Notes: generated from the letters alone by a model not told the origin. A DNA stretch of 26,018 nucleotides from Candidatus Sericytochromatia bacterium (GCA_036676985.1 JAKFBU010000033.1:1-26018); one strand, 5' to 3'; positions 1 to 9,054 are shown, counted from the first letter of the stretch. A program made the numbers and translations.

Positions 1-1025
1 GCCGCCCGCTCGCTGATCTTGTCCGCCTTGATGAGCTCCGTGAGCTGCGAGTAGGCGACGAACTCGTTGAGCACGAGCTTCTGACCGATCAGGTTGCCGA
101 CCGTCATGGCCTCGTTCATGGGCACGCCGATGAGGAAGGCCAGGGGCATGAAGATCCAGCCCAGGATCTGCTCCATGGACAGGTGCACGAGGCCCAGGCC
201 CGCGTTGAGCATGGCCACCAAGGAGATGAAGGCCAACAGCATCGCGCCCACGTTGAAGGCCAGGTGCATGCCGTCCGAGGCGCCCTTGGCGGCCGCCTCG
301 ATGACCGAGGACTCGGTCTTCTCGACGTGCATCTTGACCCCGCCCATGGTCTTGGGCTCCTCGGTCTCGGGGACCATGATCTTGGCCATCACGAGGCCCG
401 CCGGGGCCCCCATGATGCTCGCGGCCAAGAGCGCCGGCGCCCAGTCCTTGCCGAGCATGCCGAGGTAAGCGGCCATGACGCCGCCCGCGATGGTGGCCAT
501 GCCGCCCGTCATGAGGGCCATCAGCTCGGACTTGGTCATCTCGGGGATGTAGGGACGGACCAGGAGCGGTCCCTCCACCTGGCCCACGAAGACGCAGGCC
601 GCGCTCGAGAGGCTCTCGGCGCCCGAGGTGCCCATGGTCTTGGTCATGAGCCACGCGAGGAGGCTCACCACTTTTTGGACGATGCCCAGGTAGTAGAGCA
701 CCGAGATGATGGAGGCCATGAAGACGATGGTCGGCAGCACCTGGAAGGCGAAGATGAAGCCCATGGCCGGCATGTCCGTCACGAGCTTGCCGAAGATGAA
801 ACTGCTGCCCACCTTCGAGAAGTCGAGGAGCTGGGTGATGCCGTTGCCGAGCCACTGGAAGAGGACCTTGCCCGGCGCGGTCTTGAGGATGAAGAGGGCG
901 AGGACCAGCTGGATGCCGAGGCCCCAGAGGACGACCCGCCAACGGATCGACTTGCGGGAGGTCGAGAAGGCGTAGGCGATCGCGAGGATCGCCGCGAGCC
1001 CGACCAGACTGATGAGGTGTTGCAT
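1..1025 (-). CDS. CNT/NupC-family nucleoside transporter, paralog 2 (3' end runs off the window)
   Basis: Not in the ORF track; translated by hand from ATG at 1025: MQHLISLVGLAAILAIAYAFSTSRKSIRWRVVLWGLGIQL...FAFQVLPTIVF...GAESLSSAACVFVGQVEGPLLVRPYIPEMTKSEL...TIAGGVMAAY...QKLVLNEFVAY. Collinear with 1045..2265. GGAAGGA lies upstream. Confidence 0.95.
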   Translation of the reverse strand, partial: MQHLISLVGLAAILAIAYAFSTSRKSIRWRVVLWGLGIQLVLALFILKTAPGKVLFQWLGNGITQLLDFSKVGSSFIFGKLVTDMPAMGFIFAFQVLPTIVFMASIISVLYYLGIVQKVVSLLAWLMTKTMGTSGAESLSSAACVFVGQVEGPLLVRPYIPEMTKSELMALMTGGMATIAGGVMAAYLGMLGKDWAPALLAASIMGAPAGLVMAKIMVPETEEPKTMGGVKMHVEKTESSVIEAAAKGASDGMHLAFNVGAMLLAFISLVAMLNAGLGLVHLSMEQILGWIFMPLAFLIGVPMNEAMTVGNLIGQKLVLNEFVAYSQLTELIKADKISERA

Positions 1026-1044
1026 CGGTCGAAGGATCCTTCCG

Positions 1045-2265
1045 TTAGCTCAGGATGCCCGCGATGGTCGCGGTCATGCAGGAGGCGAGCGCACCACCCA
1101 CCATGGCGCGCAGGCCCAGCTGGGCCAGCTCGCCGCGACGGCTCGGGGCGATGCCGCCGATGCAGCCGATGTTGATGGCGATGGAGCTCAGGTTCGCGAA
1201 GCCGCACAGGGCGAAGGTCGCGATGATGGTCGAGCGCTCGCTGAGGACCACACCCGCCACGTTGCCCTTGATGATGTCCGAGAGGTGGGAGTAGGCCACG
1301 AACTCGTTGAGGACGATCTTCTGGCCGAGGAGGCTGCCCACCGTCGAGATGTCCGCCTGGGGAACGCCCATCATGAAGGCGAGGGGGGCGAAGATCCAGC
1401 CCAGGATCTGCTCCATGGAGAGGTGCACGAGCCCCAGGCCCGCGTTGAGCATGGCGATGAGCGAGATGAAGGCCAACAACATCGCGCCCACCACGAAGGC
1501 CAGGTGCATGCCGTCGGCAGCGCCCTTGGCGGCCGCCTCGATGACCGAGGACTCGGTCTTCTCGACCTCGAGCTTCACGCCGCCCGCGGTCTTGGGCTCC
1601 TCGGTCTCGGGGACCATGATCTTGGCCATCACGAGGCCCGCCGGCGCCCCCATGATGCTCGCGGCCAGGAGGTGGGGCGCCCATTCGGAGCCCAGCATGC
1701 CGATGTAGGCCGCCATCACCGAGCCCGCGATCGTGGCCATGCCGCCCGTCATGATGGCCATCAGCTCGGACTTGGTCATCTCGGGGATGTAGGGCTTGAT
1801 CAAGAGAGGCGCCTCGGACTGGCCGACGAACACCGTGCCCACCGCCGAGAGGCTCTCGGCGCCCGAGGTGCCCATGGTCTTGACCATGATCTTGGCGATG
1901 AAGCTCACCACCAGTTGCATGATGCCCAGGTAGTAGGCGATGCCCATGAGGCTGCCGACGAAGACGATGGCGGGCAGGACCTGGAAGGCAAAGATGAAGC
2001 CCATGCCGGACATGTCCGTCACGAGCTTGCCGAAGATGAAGGAGCTGCCGACCTTGGTGAAGTCCAAGAGGGTCGAGACCGCCGCCCCCAGCTTGTCGAA
2101 GATCATGCGACCGACGTCGGTCTTCAGGATGAAGAGCGCGAGGGTGATCTGCATGCCGAGGCCCCAGAGGACGATGCGAGGCTTGATGGCCTTGCGGTTG
2201 GTGGACAGCGCGTAGGCGATGCCCAGAAGGACGAAGAGTCCAAGGATGCTGATGAGGTTCGCCAT
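1045..2265 (-). CDS. CNT/NupC-family concentrative nucleoside transporter, paralog 1
   Basis: Family motifs FAFQVLP, GAESL, FVGQSEAP, TIAGSV, KIVLNEFVAY, FALCGFANLSSI; 406 aa, polytopic membrane protein. Confidence 0.95.
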   Translation of the reverse strand: MANLISILGLFVLLGIAYALSTNRKAIKPRIVLWGLGMQITLALFILKTDVGRMIFDKLGAAVSTLLDFTKVGSSFIFGKLVTDMSGMGFIFAFQVLPAIVFVGSLMGIAYYLGIMQLVVSFIAKIMVKTMGTSGAESLSAVGTVFVGQSEAPLLIKPYIPEMTKSELMAIMTGGMATIAGSVMAAYIGMLGSEWAPHLLAASIMGAPAGLVMAKIMVPETEEPKTAGGVKLEVEKTESSVIEAAAKGAADGMHLAFVVGAMLLAFISLIAMLNAGLGLVHLSMEQILGWIFAPLAFMMGVPQADISTVGSLLGQKIVLNEFVAYSHLSDIIKGNVAGVVLSERSTIIATFALCGFANLSSIAINIGCIGGIAPSRRGELAQLGLRAMVGGALASCMTATIAGILS

Positions 2266-2287
2266 GGTGGTTGGGCCGTCCTATTCT

Positions 2288-2557
2288 CTAAAACGCAGCC
2301 TCGCCGTTCTTGGTGATCGTGCCGGTCAGCACGCCCAGGCGGACGAGATCGGCGGCAATCTTGCGATTGTTCGCCTCCAGGAGGGTGGTGGAGAATTCCT
2401 GCAGGTACTGAACCATCGCCAGCTCCCGAGCCGTCTCGGGCTCGAGCCCCGCATGCTGATTGGCCTTACGAAAGGTCTCCAGGCGCTCCAGGGCCTGGGA
2501 GCCCTCACGGTGCAAGAGCGCGGTCACATCGGCCGCGCTCAGTCCTAGTTGGTGCAT
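2288..2557 (-). CDS. Small helical hypothetical protein (89 aa)
   Basis: Fills the gap between the kinase and nupC and overlaps the kinase 3' end by 13 nt. Normal amino-acid composition; no family recognised. Confidence 0.65.
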   Translation of the reverse strand: MHQLGLSAADVTALLHREGSQALERLETFRKANQHAGLEPETARELAMVQYLQEFSTTLLEANNRKIAADLVRLGVLTGTITKNGEAAF

Positions 2558-4149
2558 GACCCGTCCTTTTCCGGTCCCGCCATGGGCAGCCGGACGCTGA
2601 AACGCGATCCCGTGCCGAGGGTCGACTCGACGTGGATCGTCCCGCCGTGCAGCTCCACGATCTCCCTGGCGATCGCAAGCCCCAGCCCCGAGCCGTCATA
2701 GCGCCGGGTGCTGCTGGAATCCACCTGGTAGAAGCGATCGAAGACGCGCGCGAGCGCCTCCGCGGGGATGCCCACCCCGGTGTCCGAGACCTCGTAGACC
2801 ATCGTCTGGCCCTCGACCCGGGCGCCGAGGCGCACCTCCCCGCCGGGCTCGGTGAACTTGAGGGCGTTGATGGCGAGGTTCATGAGCACCTGCTGGTAGG
2901 TGGTCTCGGGCGAGGCCCAGATCATGGGCAGCTCGTCGGGCAGGTCGACCACCAGGTGCTTGTCCACGGCGTAGGGGCTCAACTTCAAGTCCTTGGCCGC
3001 CTCGAGGATCTGCTCGCGCGGGTCCACCCACTCGTAGTAGAGCTTGAAGTGGCCCGCATCCAGCTTCGAGAGGTCCAGGACCGTGTTGACCAAGTTCTTG
3101 AGGCGCTCGGATCCCCGCAGGATGTCCTGGACCCGGTCCATCTGGTCGGAGGATAGGTTTCCGAGCACGCCCTCCTCAAGCATGGAGGCCGAGCCCACGA
3201 TCGACTGCAGGGGCGTGCGCAGCTCGTGGCTCATGTTGGAGATGAAGTCGCTCTTGATCTGGTTGGCGAGCTTGAGCTCCTGGTTGATCTCGAAGAGCTC
3301 GCGCGTGCGCGCGTTGACCCGCTCCTCGAGGCTCTCGATGAAGTCGGCCTGCAAGTGAACCAGGCGACGCTCCTGCGTGACGTCGTAGAAGCTGAAGACG
3401 GCTCCCGCGAACTCGCCCAGGTCATCGAGGAAGGGCACGGCCAGAACCCGGTAGTAGGCCTCCCGAGGGCTCTTCAGCTCTACCTCGAGGACGACCGTCT
3501 GCTCGGAAAGCTGGAGCCAAGGGCTGAAGGCCGCCTCGACCTCCTCGGGAGCCTGGTAGCACGAGCGGACTCGGCGCCACAGCGCCTCCATGCTTTCCGG
3601 CAGCTCGACCTCGTCCAGCCCGTGGACCTCGCGGTAGGCCTTGTTGAGCTGCAAGGGCCTCCGGCGTGCGTCCACGAAGAGCAAGGGGATCTGCATGGCG
3701 TTGGTGACGCGCTCCAGCCGCTCGGAGACGATCCCCTCTCGAACCGCCAGGCGATCGTAGCCGATGGCGAGCGCCAGGGCCGAGACCAAAGGACGCAGGA
3801 GCTCGGCCGCGTCTTCCTGCTGATCGCCGGGGACCAGGAAGAGGTACGCTCCCAGCTGCTGACGCGCGATGGTCAGCGGCAGGTAGAGCAGGCCGCCGCC
3901 GGCGTCGGGGTAGACCCGGGGCGTCTCGGTGAGGGCGCCGAGGCCCGTGAAGGCGGCGATCGCCTCGGCCGCGGAGACCTCCCAGGTGGCCTCCAGGTGG
4001 AGCTGGGTGCCGGTCGCGATCCAGTAGCTGCCCCAGCTGGCCCCGAGAAAGCGCATGGCCCGCTCGGCGAACTCGGAGATGGCCTCGCTGCCCTGGGGGT
4101 CGAACGCCTTGAAGGCGTGGAGCACGCCGTCTCGCAGATCCTGTGTCAT
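2545..4149 (-). CDS. Cytoplasmic sensor histidine kinase (GAF-like, PAS-like, HisKA, HATPase_c)
   Basis: H-box SNMSHELRTPL, N-box NLAINALKFT, G1 DTGVGI, F-box VFDRFYQ, G2 GSGLGL; PAS C-terminal motif FYDVT; no TM segment seen. Confidence 0.95.
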   Translation of the reverse strand: MTQDLRDGVLHAFKAFDPQGSEAISEFAERAMRFLGASWGSYWIATGTQLHLEATWEVSAAEAIAAFTGLGALTETPRVYPDAGGGLLYLPLTIARQQLGAYLFLVPGDQQEDAAELLRPLVSALALAIGYDRLAVREGIVSERLERVTNAMQIPLLFVDARRRPLQLNKAYREVHGLDEVELPESMEALWRRVRSCYQAPEEVEAAFSPWLQLSEQTVVLEVELKSPREAYYRVLAVPFLDDLGEFAGAVFSFYDVTQERRLVHLQADFIESLEERVNARTRELFEINQELKLANQIKSDFISNMSHELRTPLQSIVGSASMLEEGVLGNLSSDQMDRVQDILRGSERLKNLVNTVLDLSKLDAGHFKLYYEWVDPREQILEAAKDLKLSPYAVDKHLVVDLPDELPMIWASPETTYQQVLMNLAINALKFTEPGGEVRLGARVEGQTMVYEVSDTGVGIPAEALARVFDRFYQVDSSSTRRYDGSGLGLAIAREIVELHGGTIHVESTLGTGSRFSVRLPMAGPEKDGSCTN

Positions 4150-5120
4150 TCGGTCACGACCGTCATGCCGTCCCAGCGGGGCTCGACCGCCCGGGGATCC
4201 GCCTCGAACGCCTGCTCGACGTCCAGCTGGATGCCGCTCAGGTTGACCTTCAGGAGGTCCATGATGGTCAGGGCACCGCCCGCATCGAGCCCCAGCAGGC
4301 CCAGCAGCATGTGCCCCGTCCCCACCTGATCGTGCTGGCGGGCCTGCGCCTCGCGCCAGGCGGCGTCCAGGACCTGCTCCGCCCGCCGGCTGAGCACGTG
4401 CTTGGCCGCGACCGTCCCGGACCCCCGGCCGATGACGCGGTGGGCGACGGCCTCGGCGTCATGGCGGGTCAGCTCGTTGGCGCGCAGCACCTGGGCGGCG
4501 AGCCCCCGATCGACGGCCAACAGGGAAATGAGCAGCTGCTCGGTTCCGACCAGGGTGTGCCCGAAGGAGCGGGCCATCTGGTGGGCGAGGTCGTAGACCT
4601 CACGACCCTCCTCGGTCAGGAGGCGCGGGCTGAAGTGCTTGGGACGGATGGCCCGCTCGGGGTCCGGCGGCGGGCTCGGCGACTCGAGGTCCTGGGCCCG
4701 CACCTGCATGAGGTGGCGCACCACGTCGTCGAGCTCGCAGCCGAGCTGACGCAGCAAGGCCCCGCTGCGCGCCCGCGGCTGCTGCAAGAGGGCCAACAGC
4801 AGGTCCTGGGTATCGACCAGGACGGGCTCGACCAGAGACGCGATGTCGAGCGCATGGGTGAAGACCGTCTGGCACTCGGGCGAGAAGAACAGGCTGCTCG
4901 AATGGGTGTAGCCGCGTCCGAAGAGCTGCTCGGCGGCAAACCGCGCCTTGCGCAGGTCGATGCCCATGAGCTTGAGCGCCCGGGCCGCGACGCCGTTGCC
5001 TTCGGCCAGCAGCCCGAGCAGCAGGTGATCCGTGTCGACCTGCACGAACTCCAGGCGACGCGCCTCCTCGCGGGCGAGGTTGAGGGCCTCGATCGCCTTG
5101 GCCGAGAAGTTCTCGAACAA
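4146..5120 (-). CDS. Protein made only of Clp N-terminal (Clp_N) repeats: two tandem ClpC-type NTDs, no AAA+ domain
   Basis: Likely TTG start at 5120 (MFENFSAKA..., like ClpC MFxRFTxRA) after AAGGA. Four repeats with cores DTDHLLLGLL, DTQDLLLALL, GTEQLLISLL, GTGHMLLGLL. No Walker A motif. Confidence 0.9.
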   Translation of the reverse strand: MFENFSAKAIEALNLAREEARRLEFVQVDTDHLLLGLLAEGNGVAARALKLMGIDLRKARFAAEQLFGRGYTHSSSLFFSPECQTVFTHALDIASLVEPVLVDTQDLLLALLQQPRARSGALLRQLGCELDDVVRHLMQVRAQDLESPSPPPDPERAIRPKHFSPRLLTEEGREVYDLAHQMARSFGHTLVGTEQLLISLLAVDRGLAAQVLRANELTRHDAEAVAHRVIGRGSGTVAAKHVLSRRAEQVLDAAWREAQARQHDQVGTGHMLLGLLGLDAGGALTIMDLLKVNLSGIQLDVEQAFEADPRAVEPRWDGMTVVTE

Positions 5121-5183
5121 CGTCCCGTCCTTTACCTGCAACGCCCGAGAGGGCGAAGGGGGGGCCTCTGATAGGCCTGCTCC

Positions 5184-5212
5184 ATTATACGCCAAAAACG
5201 AGCAAGCTTAAA
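5184..5212 (-). promoter_or_regulatory. Putative sigma70 promoter of the Clp_N/kinase operon
   Basis: TTTAAG-17 nt-TATAAT on the minus strand in an AT-rich patch. Confidence 0.55.
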
Positions 5213-5267
5213 CGGCCCCACCATCGGGTTTAGAGGCTCTAATCCAGGACGTTTCGAGCCCCGGAGG

Positions 5268-6326
5268 CTAGCGCAGCTCCTCCGGATTGTTCGGGTCCCA
5301 GTCGGCCTGCTCGGAGACCAGGTGCGACCGGGTCTCGGCGACCGAACGCCCCGCTCCATGGCTCGGGCGCGGGTGGGCGTCGGTGATCCGGAGCCGCTCG
5401 GCATCCACGTGGGCGATGCCGGGGACGCTCTGGGCGACCTTCTTGGCCGCCATGGCCTGCTCGGGGAAGTCCACGTCCCCTTGCAGGTAGGCATAGTCGT
5501 CCACCACGAAGACCTTGATGTTCGCAGGGCTCAGGTGCTCCACGGTCGTCAGCCTGCGCCGGATCTCGGTCGCGAGCGCCTCGTTGCAGCCGGCGCTGCC
5601 GTCCTGGCTGACCAGGAGGTTCAGCACGTCCGTCACGCCCGGCACCGCGCGCGCCAGGATCTCGGCCTGCGCGCGCTCCTCGGCGGACTTCACGAAGCCC
5701 GTGAGGCGCACGACCCCGCCCTGCACCGTGGTCCGGATCTCGTCGGCCCGCCGCAGCACCTCGCCGAGCTTTCGTTCGACCGCGTTGACGATGTCGCTGG
5801 TCGCCCGATCGACCTCGATGGGCAGGCCGGTGCCCACGCCCTGGACCTGGCCGTGGACCGTGCCGCGCTCGGGCCCGATGGTCTCGACGACCTCCCGGCG
5901 GTGCGGCGTCACGTTCTCGACGTGGACCGCGCGCACGCCCGGCACCTGCGCGACCAGGCGCGCGGCGCGATCGCGCAATTCGAGGCTCGCGGCGCTGCCC
6001 TTGAGGGTGGCCTCCCCGCGCTGGATCACCACGCCGAGGGAGTCCGGAAGGCCCTCGCGCCGGAGCAGCGCCTCGGCCTGCTGCGTCAGCTCCTGATCCG
6101 TGTGCAGTCGGTTGCCCGCCACCGTCAGCGAGTTGTCGATGTCGAGCTGCGGGGCGATCTGACGGGCCAAGAAGGTGGCCTCGTCCTTTTCGGCGAGCGT
6201 GGACACCTCGCCCGCCAGCGCGATCGTGTCTCCGAGCATGGTGATGCTGATCCGCTCGGCCTTGATCTTGGGATCCTTGGCCAACGCTTCGCGCAGGGTG
6301 TTCGCAATGTCTTCCTGGCCCTTCAT
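5268..6326 (-). CDS. BON-domain protein (about 4 BON repeats)
   Basis: Repeated BON-type segments such as ITMLGDTIALAGEV, IQRGEATLKG...VPGVRAV, VQGGVVRLTGFV...VPGVTDVLNLL, VVDDYAYLQGDV...VPGIAHV. GAGGA Shine-Dalgarno; no signal peptide seen. Confidence 0.9.
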   Translation of the reverse strand: MKGQEDIANTLREALAKDPKIKAERISITMLGDTIALAGEVSTLAEKDEATFLARQIAPQLDIDNSLTVAGNRLHTDQELTQQAEALLRREGLPDSLGVVIQRGEATLKGSAASLELRDRAARLVAQVPGVRAVHVENVTPHRREVVETIGPERGTVHGQVQGVGTGLPIEVDRATSDIVNAVERKLGEVLRRADEIRTTVQGGVVRLTGFVKSAEERAQAEILARAVPGVTDVLNLLVSQDGSAGCNEALATEIRRRLTTVEHLSPANIKVFVVDDYAYLQGDVDFPEQAMAAKKVAQSVPGIAHVDAERLRITDAHPRPSHGAGRSVAETRSHLVSEQADWDPNNPEELR

Positions 6327-6407
6327 CGCCTATCCTCCCCTTCCTCGGCCGGGGAGCCCGCTCGGAACGGCCTGACGGCATCTGGGGGCTCCTCGCGTTT
6401 GCGCACG

Positions 6408-6416
6408 AGGATAGCA
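6408..6416 (-). promoter_or_regulatory. Possible extended -10 (TGcTATCCT) for the BON gene
   Basis: GTGTGCTATCCT on the minus strand about 80 nt upstream of the ATG. Confidence 0.35.
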
Positions 6417-6464
6417 CACCCCGGCGCGCGCACCGACAGTCCGTCTGGGGTTTGGCGGGGGGAA

Positions 6465-7052
6465 TCAGGTGTCGGAAGGACGGCGCTGGCGACGCACGGC
6501 GTCGACGCTCTCCCTCAGGTAGCGCTCGAGCTGGGCGCGGACGGTGTCCGAGACGTCCCGGAAGGTCACGAGCGAGGGCCCGTCCTCGCTGCGCAGGACC
6601 TTGGCCTCGAGCTTGATCACTCCCTCGGGCAGGAACAGGGAGAGGCGAACGCGATCGTCCGGCGTGAGGGGGCGATTGAGCTCCAGGCGCGCCCCCGCGC
6701 CGGAGAGGGTCTGCGTGTGGCCCGACGCCAAGAGGCGGCCTTCGGGGATGCTGCGCACGTCCACCGCCACCCGGCGGCGCAGGTGCACCTCGGCCCGCCC
6801 CTCGGGGGCGAGCTCCTCGAGGGGCACGGCGATCTCGACCACCGTCACGGCCGTCGCCTGGGCGCGCAGGAACGGCTGCTGCCGGCCGTCCGCCCAGGTG
6901 ATCCGGCCCTCCGGCGGGAGCATGGAGGCCGCGTCGTGGGGAATGCGGATGGCCACGGTGGCGTGGGTCGCGTCGACCCGCACGACCTCGCCGACGACCT
7001 CCTCGCCCTGCCACGAGACCACGGCCAGGGAGCCGGGCTTGGGGGTGGCCAT
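6465..7052 (-). CDS. PilZ-domain protein (degenerate c-di-GMP motifs)
   Basis: C-terminal half fits the PilZ pattern: GHTQTLSGAGARL...DRVRLSLFLP...LEAKVLR...VTFRDV...LERYL. Confidence 0.75.
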   Translation of the reverse strand: MATPKPGSLAVVSWQGEEVVGEVVRVDATHATVAIRIPHDAASMLPPEGRITWADGRQQPFLRAQATAVTVVEIAVPLEELAPEGRAEVHLRRRVAVDVRSIPEGRLLASGHTQTLSGAGARLELNRPLTPDDRVRLSLFLPEGVIKLEAKVLRSEDGPSLVTFRDVSDTVRAQLERYLRESVDAVRRQRRPSDT

Positions 7053-7055
7053 GGG

Positions 7056-8297
7056 CTAGCGATGCAGGGCGTTGGAGGAAGAGAGCAGGCCGCGCTTCTT
7101 GGGCTTGCGGCGGCGGCGCAGGCCCTGCCACCGGAAGACCGAGAACAGGGCGACCGAGAGCGCTCCACCCTTGAGGAACCAGGCGAAGACCGCCCCGAGA
7201 TCCCCCCACAGGGGTCCCGCCGCCGCGACGGCCGCAGCCGCCACCACCGGCGCCTGCGCCACGATCCGGTCGCCGTCGCGCAGCTCGTAGCTGCCGAGTA
7301 CCTGGCCCGCCTTGACCGGTGCTTGGACCTTGTCCGCCACGCGGAACGAGGCCTGGACCTCTGGCTTGGCGCCGCCCTTGGGCACGCTCAGGGCGATCGC
7401 CTCCTTCAGGATCGCGGGCACCTGGCGCTGGCTGCCGCCCATGACCGAGACGTTCGCCACCCGCTGGCCCGCGCCCGCGATGGGCTCGGAGGTGAAGCCG
7501 TCGATGCCGTAGTTCAGGAGGTTCTCGGCGTCGCGCCAGCAGTCCGGATCGCTCAGGATGGCCTCGATGACGTAGCGGCCGTCGCGCTTGGCCGAGCCCA
7601 CGAAGCACTTGCCCGCGACCGAGGTGTAGCCGGTCTTGCCGCCCCAGGCCCCCGGGAAGTAGCGCAGCAGCTTGTTGTGGTTGACGAGCAGCCGGTGCTC
7701 GATGCGCTTGTTGCCCGGAAGCTCCTTGGTCTTGGTGGCGGCGATCGTCGCGAAGGTCGGGTTGGCGAGCGCATAGCGGGCGATCATGGCCATGTCGTAG
7801 GCGCTCGAGTAGTGATCCGCGGCGGGCAGGCCGTGCGGGTTGGCATAGTGGGTGTTCTTGAGCCCCAGGGCGGCGGCCTTCTGGTTCATGAGGGCGACGA
7901 ACTGGTCCGTGTCGCCGGAGACGTACTGGGCCACCGCATCCGTCGCGTCGTTGCCCGAGTTGAGCATCATGCCGTAGAGCAGCTGCTCGAAGGTGAGGCG
8001 CTCGCCGGGCTCCAGGTAGATGCTCGAGCCGTTGATGTCGGCGCTCTTCTTGCTGACCACCACGATGTCGTCCATGCGGCCCTTCTCGAGGGCGACGATG
8101 GCGGCCATCATCTTGGTGGTGCTCGCCTGGGGCAGGCGCATGTGGGGGTTCTTGGCATAGAGGACCTGACCGGTCACGCCGTCGATGACGATCGCGGCCT
8201 TGGCCGTCACCTCCGGCGTGCGGACGGCGTGCGCCGAGGGCGCGAGCGAGCCGAGCATACCGAGCGCCAGAGCCAGGATCAAGGACTTGCGAAGCAA
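7056..8297 (-). CDS. D-alanyl-D-alanine carboxypeptidase (peptidase S11, DacA/DacB/DacF-like)
   Basis: Signal peptide, SxxK (ASTTKMM), SGNDA, NPHGL, KTGYT, PBP5_C-like domain (APVKAGQVLG), C-terminal hydrophobic anchor and basic tail. TTG start after GAGGAG. Confidence 0.93.
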   Translation of the reverse strand: MLRKSLILALALGMLGSLAPSAHAVRTPEVTAKAAIVIDGVTGQVLYAKNPHMRLPQASTTKMMAAIVALEKGRMDDIVVVSKKSADINGSSIYLEPGERLTFEQLLYGMMLNSGNDATDAVAQYVSGDTDQFVALMNQKAAALGLKNTHYANPHGLPAADHYSSAYDMAMIARYALANPTFATIAATKTKELPGNKRIEHRLLVNHNKLLRYFPGAWGGKTGYTSVAGKCFVGSAKRDGRYVIEAILSDPDCWRDAENLLNYGIDGFTSEPIAGAGQRVANVSVMGGSQRQVPAILKEAIALSVPKGGAKPEVQASFRVADKVQAPVKAGQVLGSYELRDGDRIVAQAPVVAAAAVAAAGPLWGDLGAVFAWFLKGGALSVALFSVFRWQGLRRRRKPKKRGLLSSSNALHR

Positions 8298-8604
8298 GTG
8301 AGCGTTCTCCTCACGGGTAGGGATCCGATGACAACATATCGACAGATCACGATTATAACGAGCCCGAGCTCCCGAAAAGCTTTAAGCTTCGTTAAGCTCC
8401 GTCCCTATCCTAGGGGGCGAGTCGCCCGGCGACGGTGATCCCGCTCACCCCGCATGCCGGCGATGTTTGCGGCAGATTTGGAGCGGATTAAATCCCCGTT
8501 AAACGATCCGGCGCCGATCGCGCCTGATCGGTCGACGGCATGCGGCTTTGCGGCGATCCGGGCACCCCTGGCCGCGAGTCTAGCCAAAAACCGTTAAGAT
8601 CCTC

Positions 8605-8633
8605 TTGCCTTGCGCCTAAGCTTGCGATATAGT
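8605..8633 (+). promoter_or_regulatory. sigma70 promoter for tRNA-Lys copy 1
   Basis: TTGCCT-17 nt-TATAGT, about 40 nt upstream of the tRNA. Confidence 0.7.
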
Positions 8634-8672
8634 AGCGACTGTGTTCGCCGGAACGACGTTCCGCGAGGACGC

Positions 8673-8745
<73 letters not shown>

Positions 8746-8750
8746 CTGGG

Positions 8751-8774
8751 AGCCCCGCGAAAGCGGGGCTTTTT
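8751..8774 (+). terminator. Intrinsic terminator after tRNA-Lys copy 1
   Basis: AGCCCCGC-GAAA-GCGGGGCT followed by TTTT. Confidence 0.85.
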
Positions 8775-8797
8775 GATGGCCGTCCACCGGATCTCCA

Positions 8798-8826
8798 TTG
8801 ACGGTCAACCAGTTGCCGGATAGAAT
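8798..8826 (+). promoter_or_regulatory. sigma70 promoter for tRNA-Lys copy 2 / tRNA-Ser / PNP
   Basis: TTGACG-17 nt-TAGAAT. Confidence 0.8.
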
Positions 8827-8849
8827 GACTGCGGCGTTCGCGCCGTTAC

Positions 8850-8922
<73 letters not shown>

Positions 8923-8964
8923 CTCGACTTCAGGCCCCGAGAGACAACGGGCAACCTGGTCCCC

Positions 8965-9054
8965 GGGGAGATGCCAGAGTGGTTGAATGGGCATTCCTGG
9001 AAAGAATGTAGACTGCGTCAAGCGGTCTCGGGGGTTCGAATCCCCCTCTCCCCG
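8965..9054 (+). tRNA. tRNA-Ser(GGA)
   Basis: Acceptor GGGGAGA/TCTCCCC with G73, anticodon arm CATTC-CTGGAAA-GAATG, long variable arm AGACTGC/GCGGTCT, T-loop TTCGAAT. Confidence 0.96.

Noticed and set aside
4146-5195. Truncated clpC pseudogene
   Set aside because: Intact ORF with two diverged NTDs, a clean stop coupled to the next gene, and no AAA+ remnant downstream.
5239-7608. 789-aa Arg/Gly/Pro-rich minus-strand ORF
   Set aside because: Alternative frame over the BON, PilZ and dac genes with low-complexity composition.
5322-8438. 1038-aa plus-strand ORF, and similar long ORFs such as 183..1175, 1012..2316, 12836..13909 and 15718..17229
   Set aside because: Antisense shadows of recognisable genes, expected from high-GC codon bias; no domain motifs.
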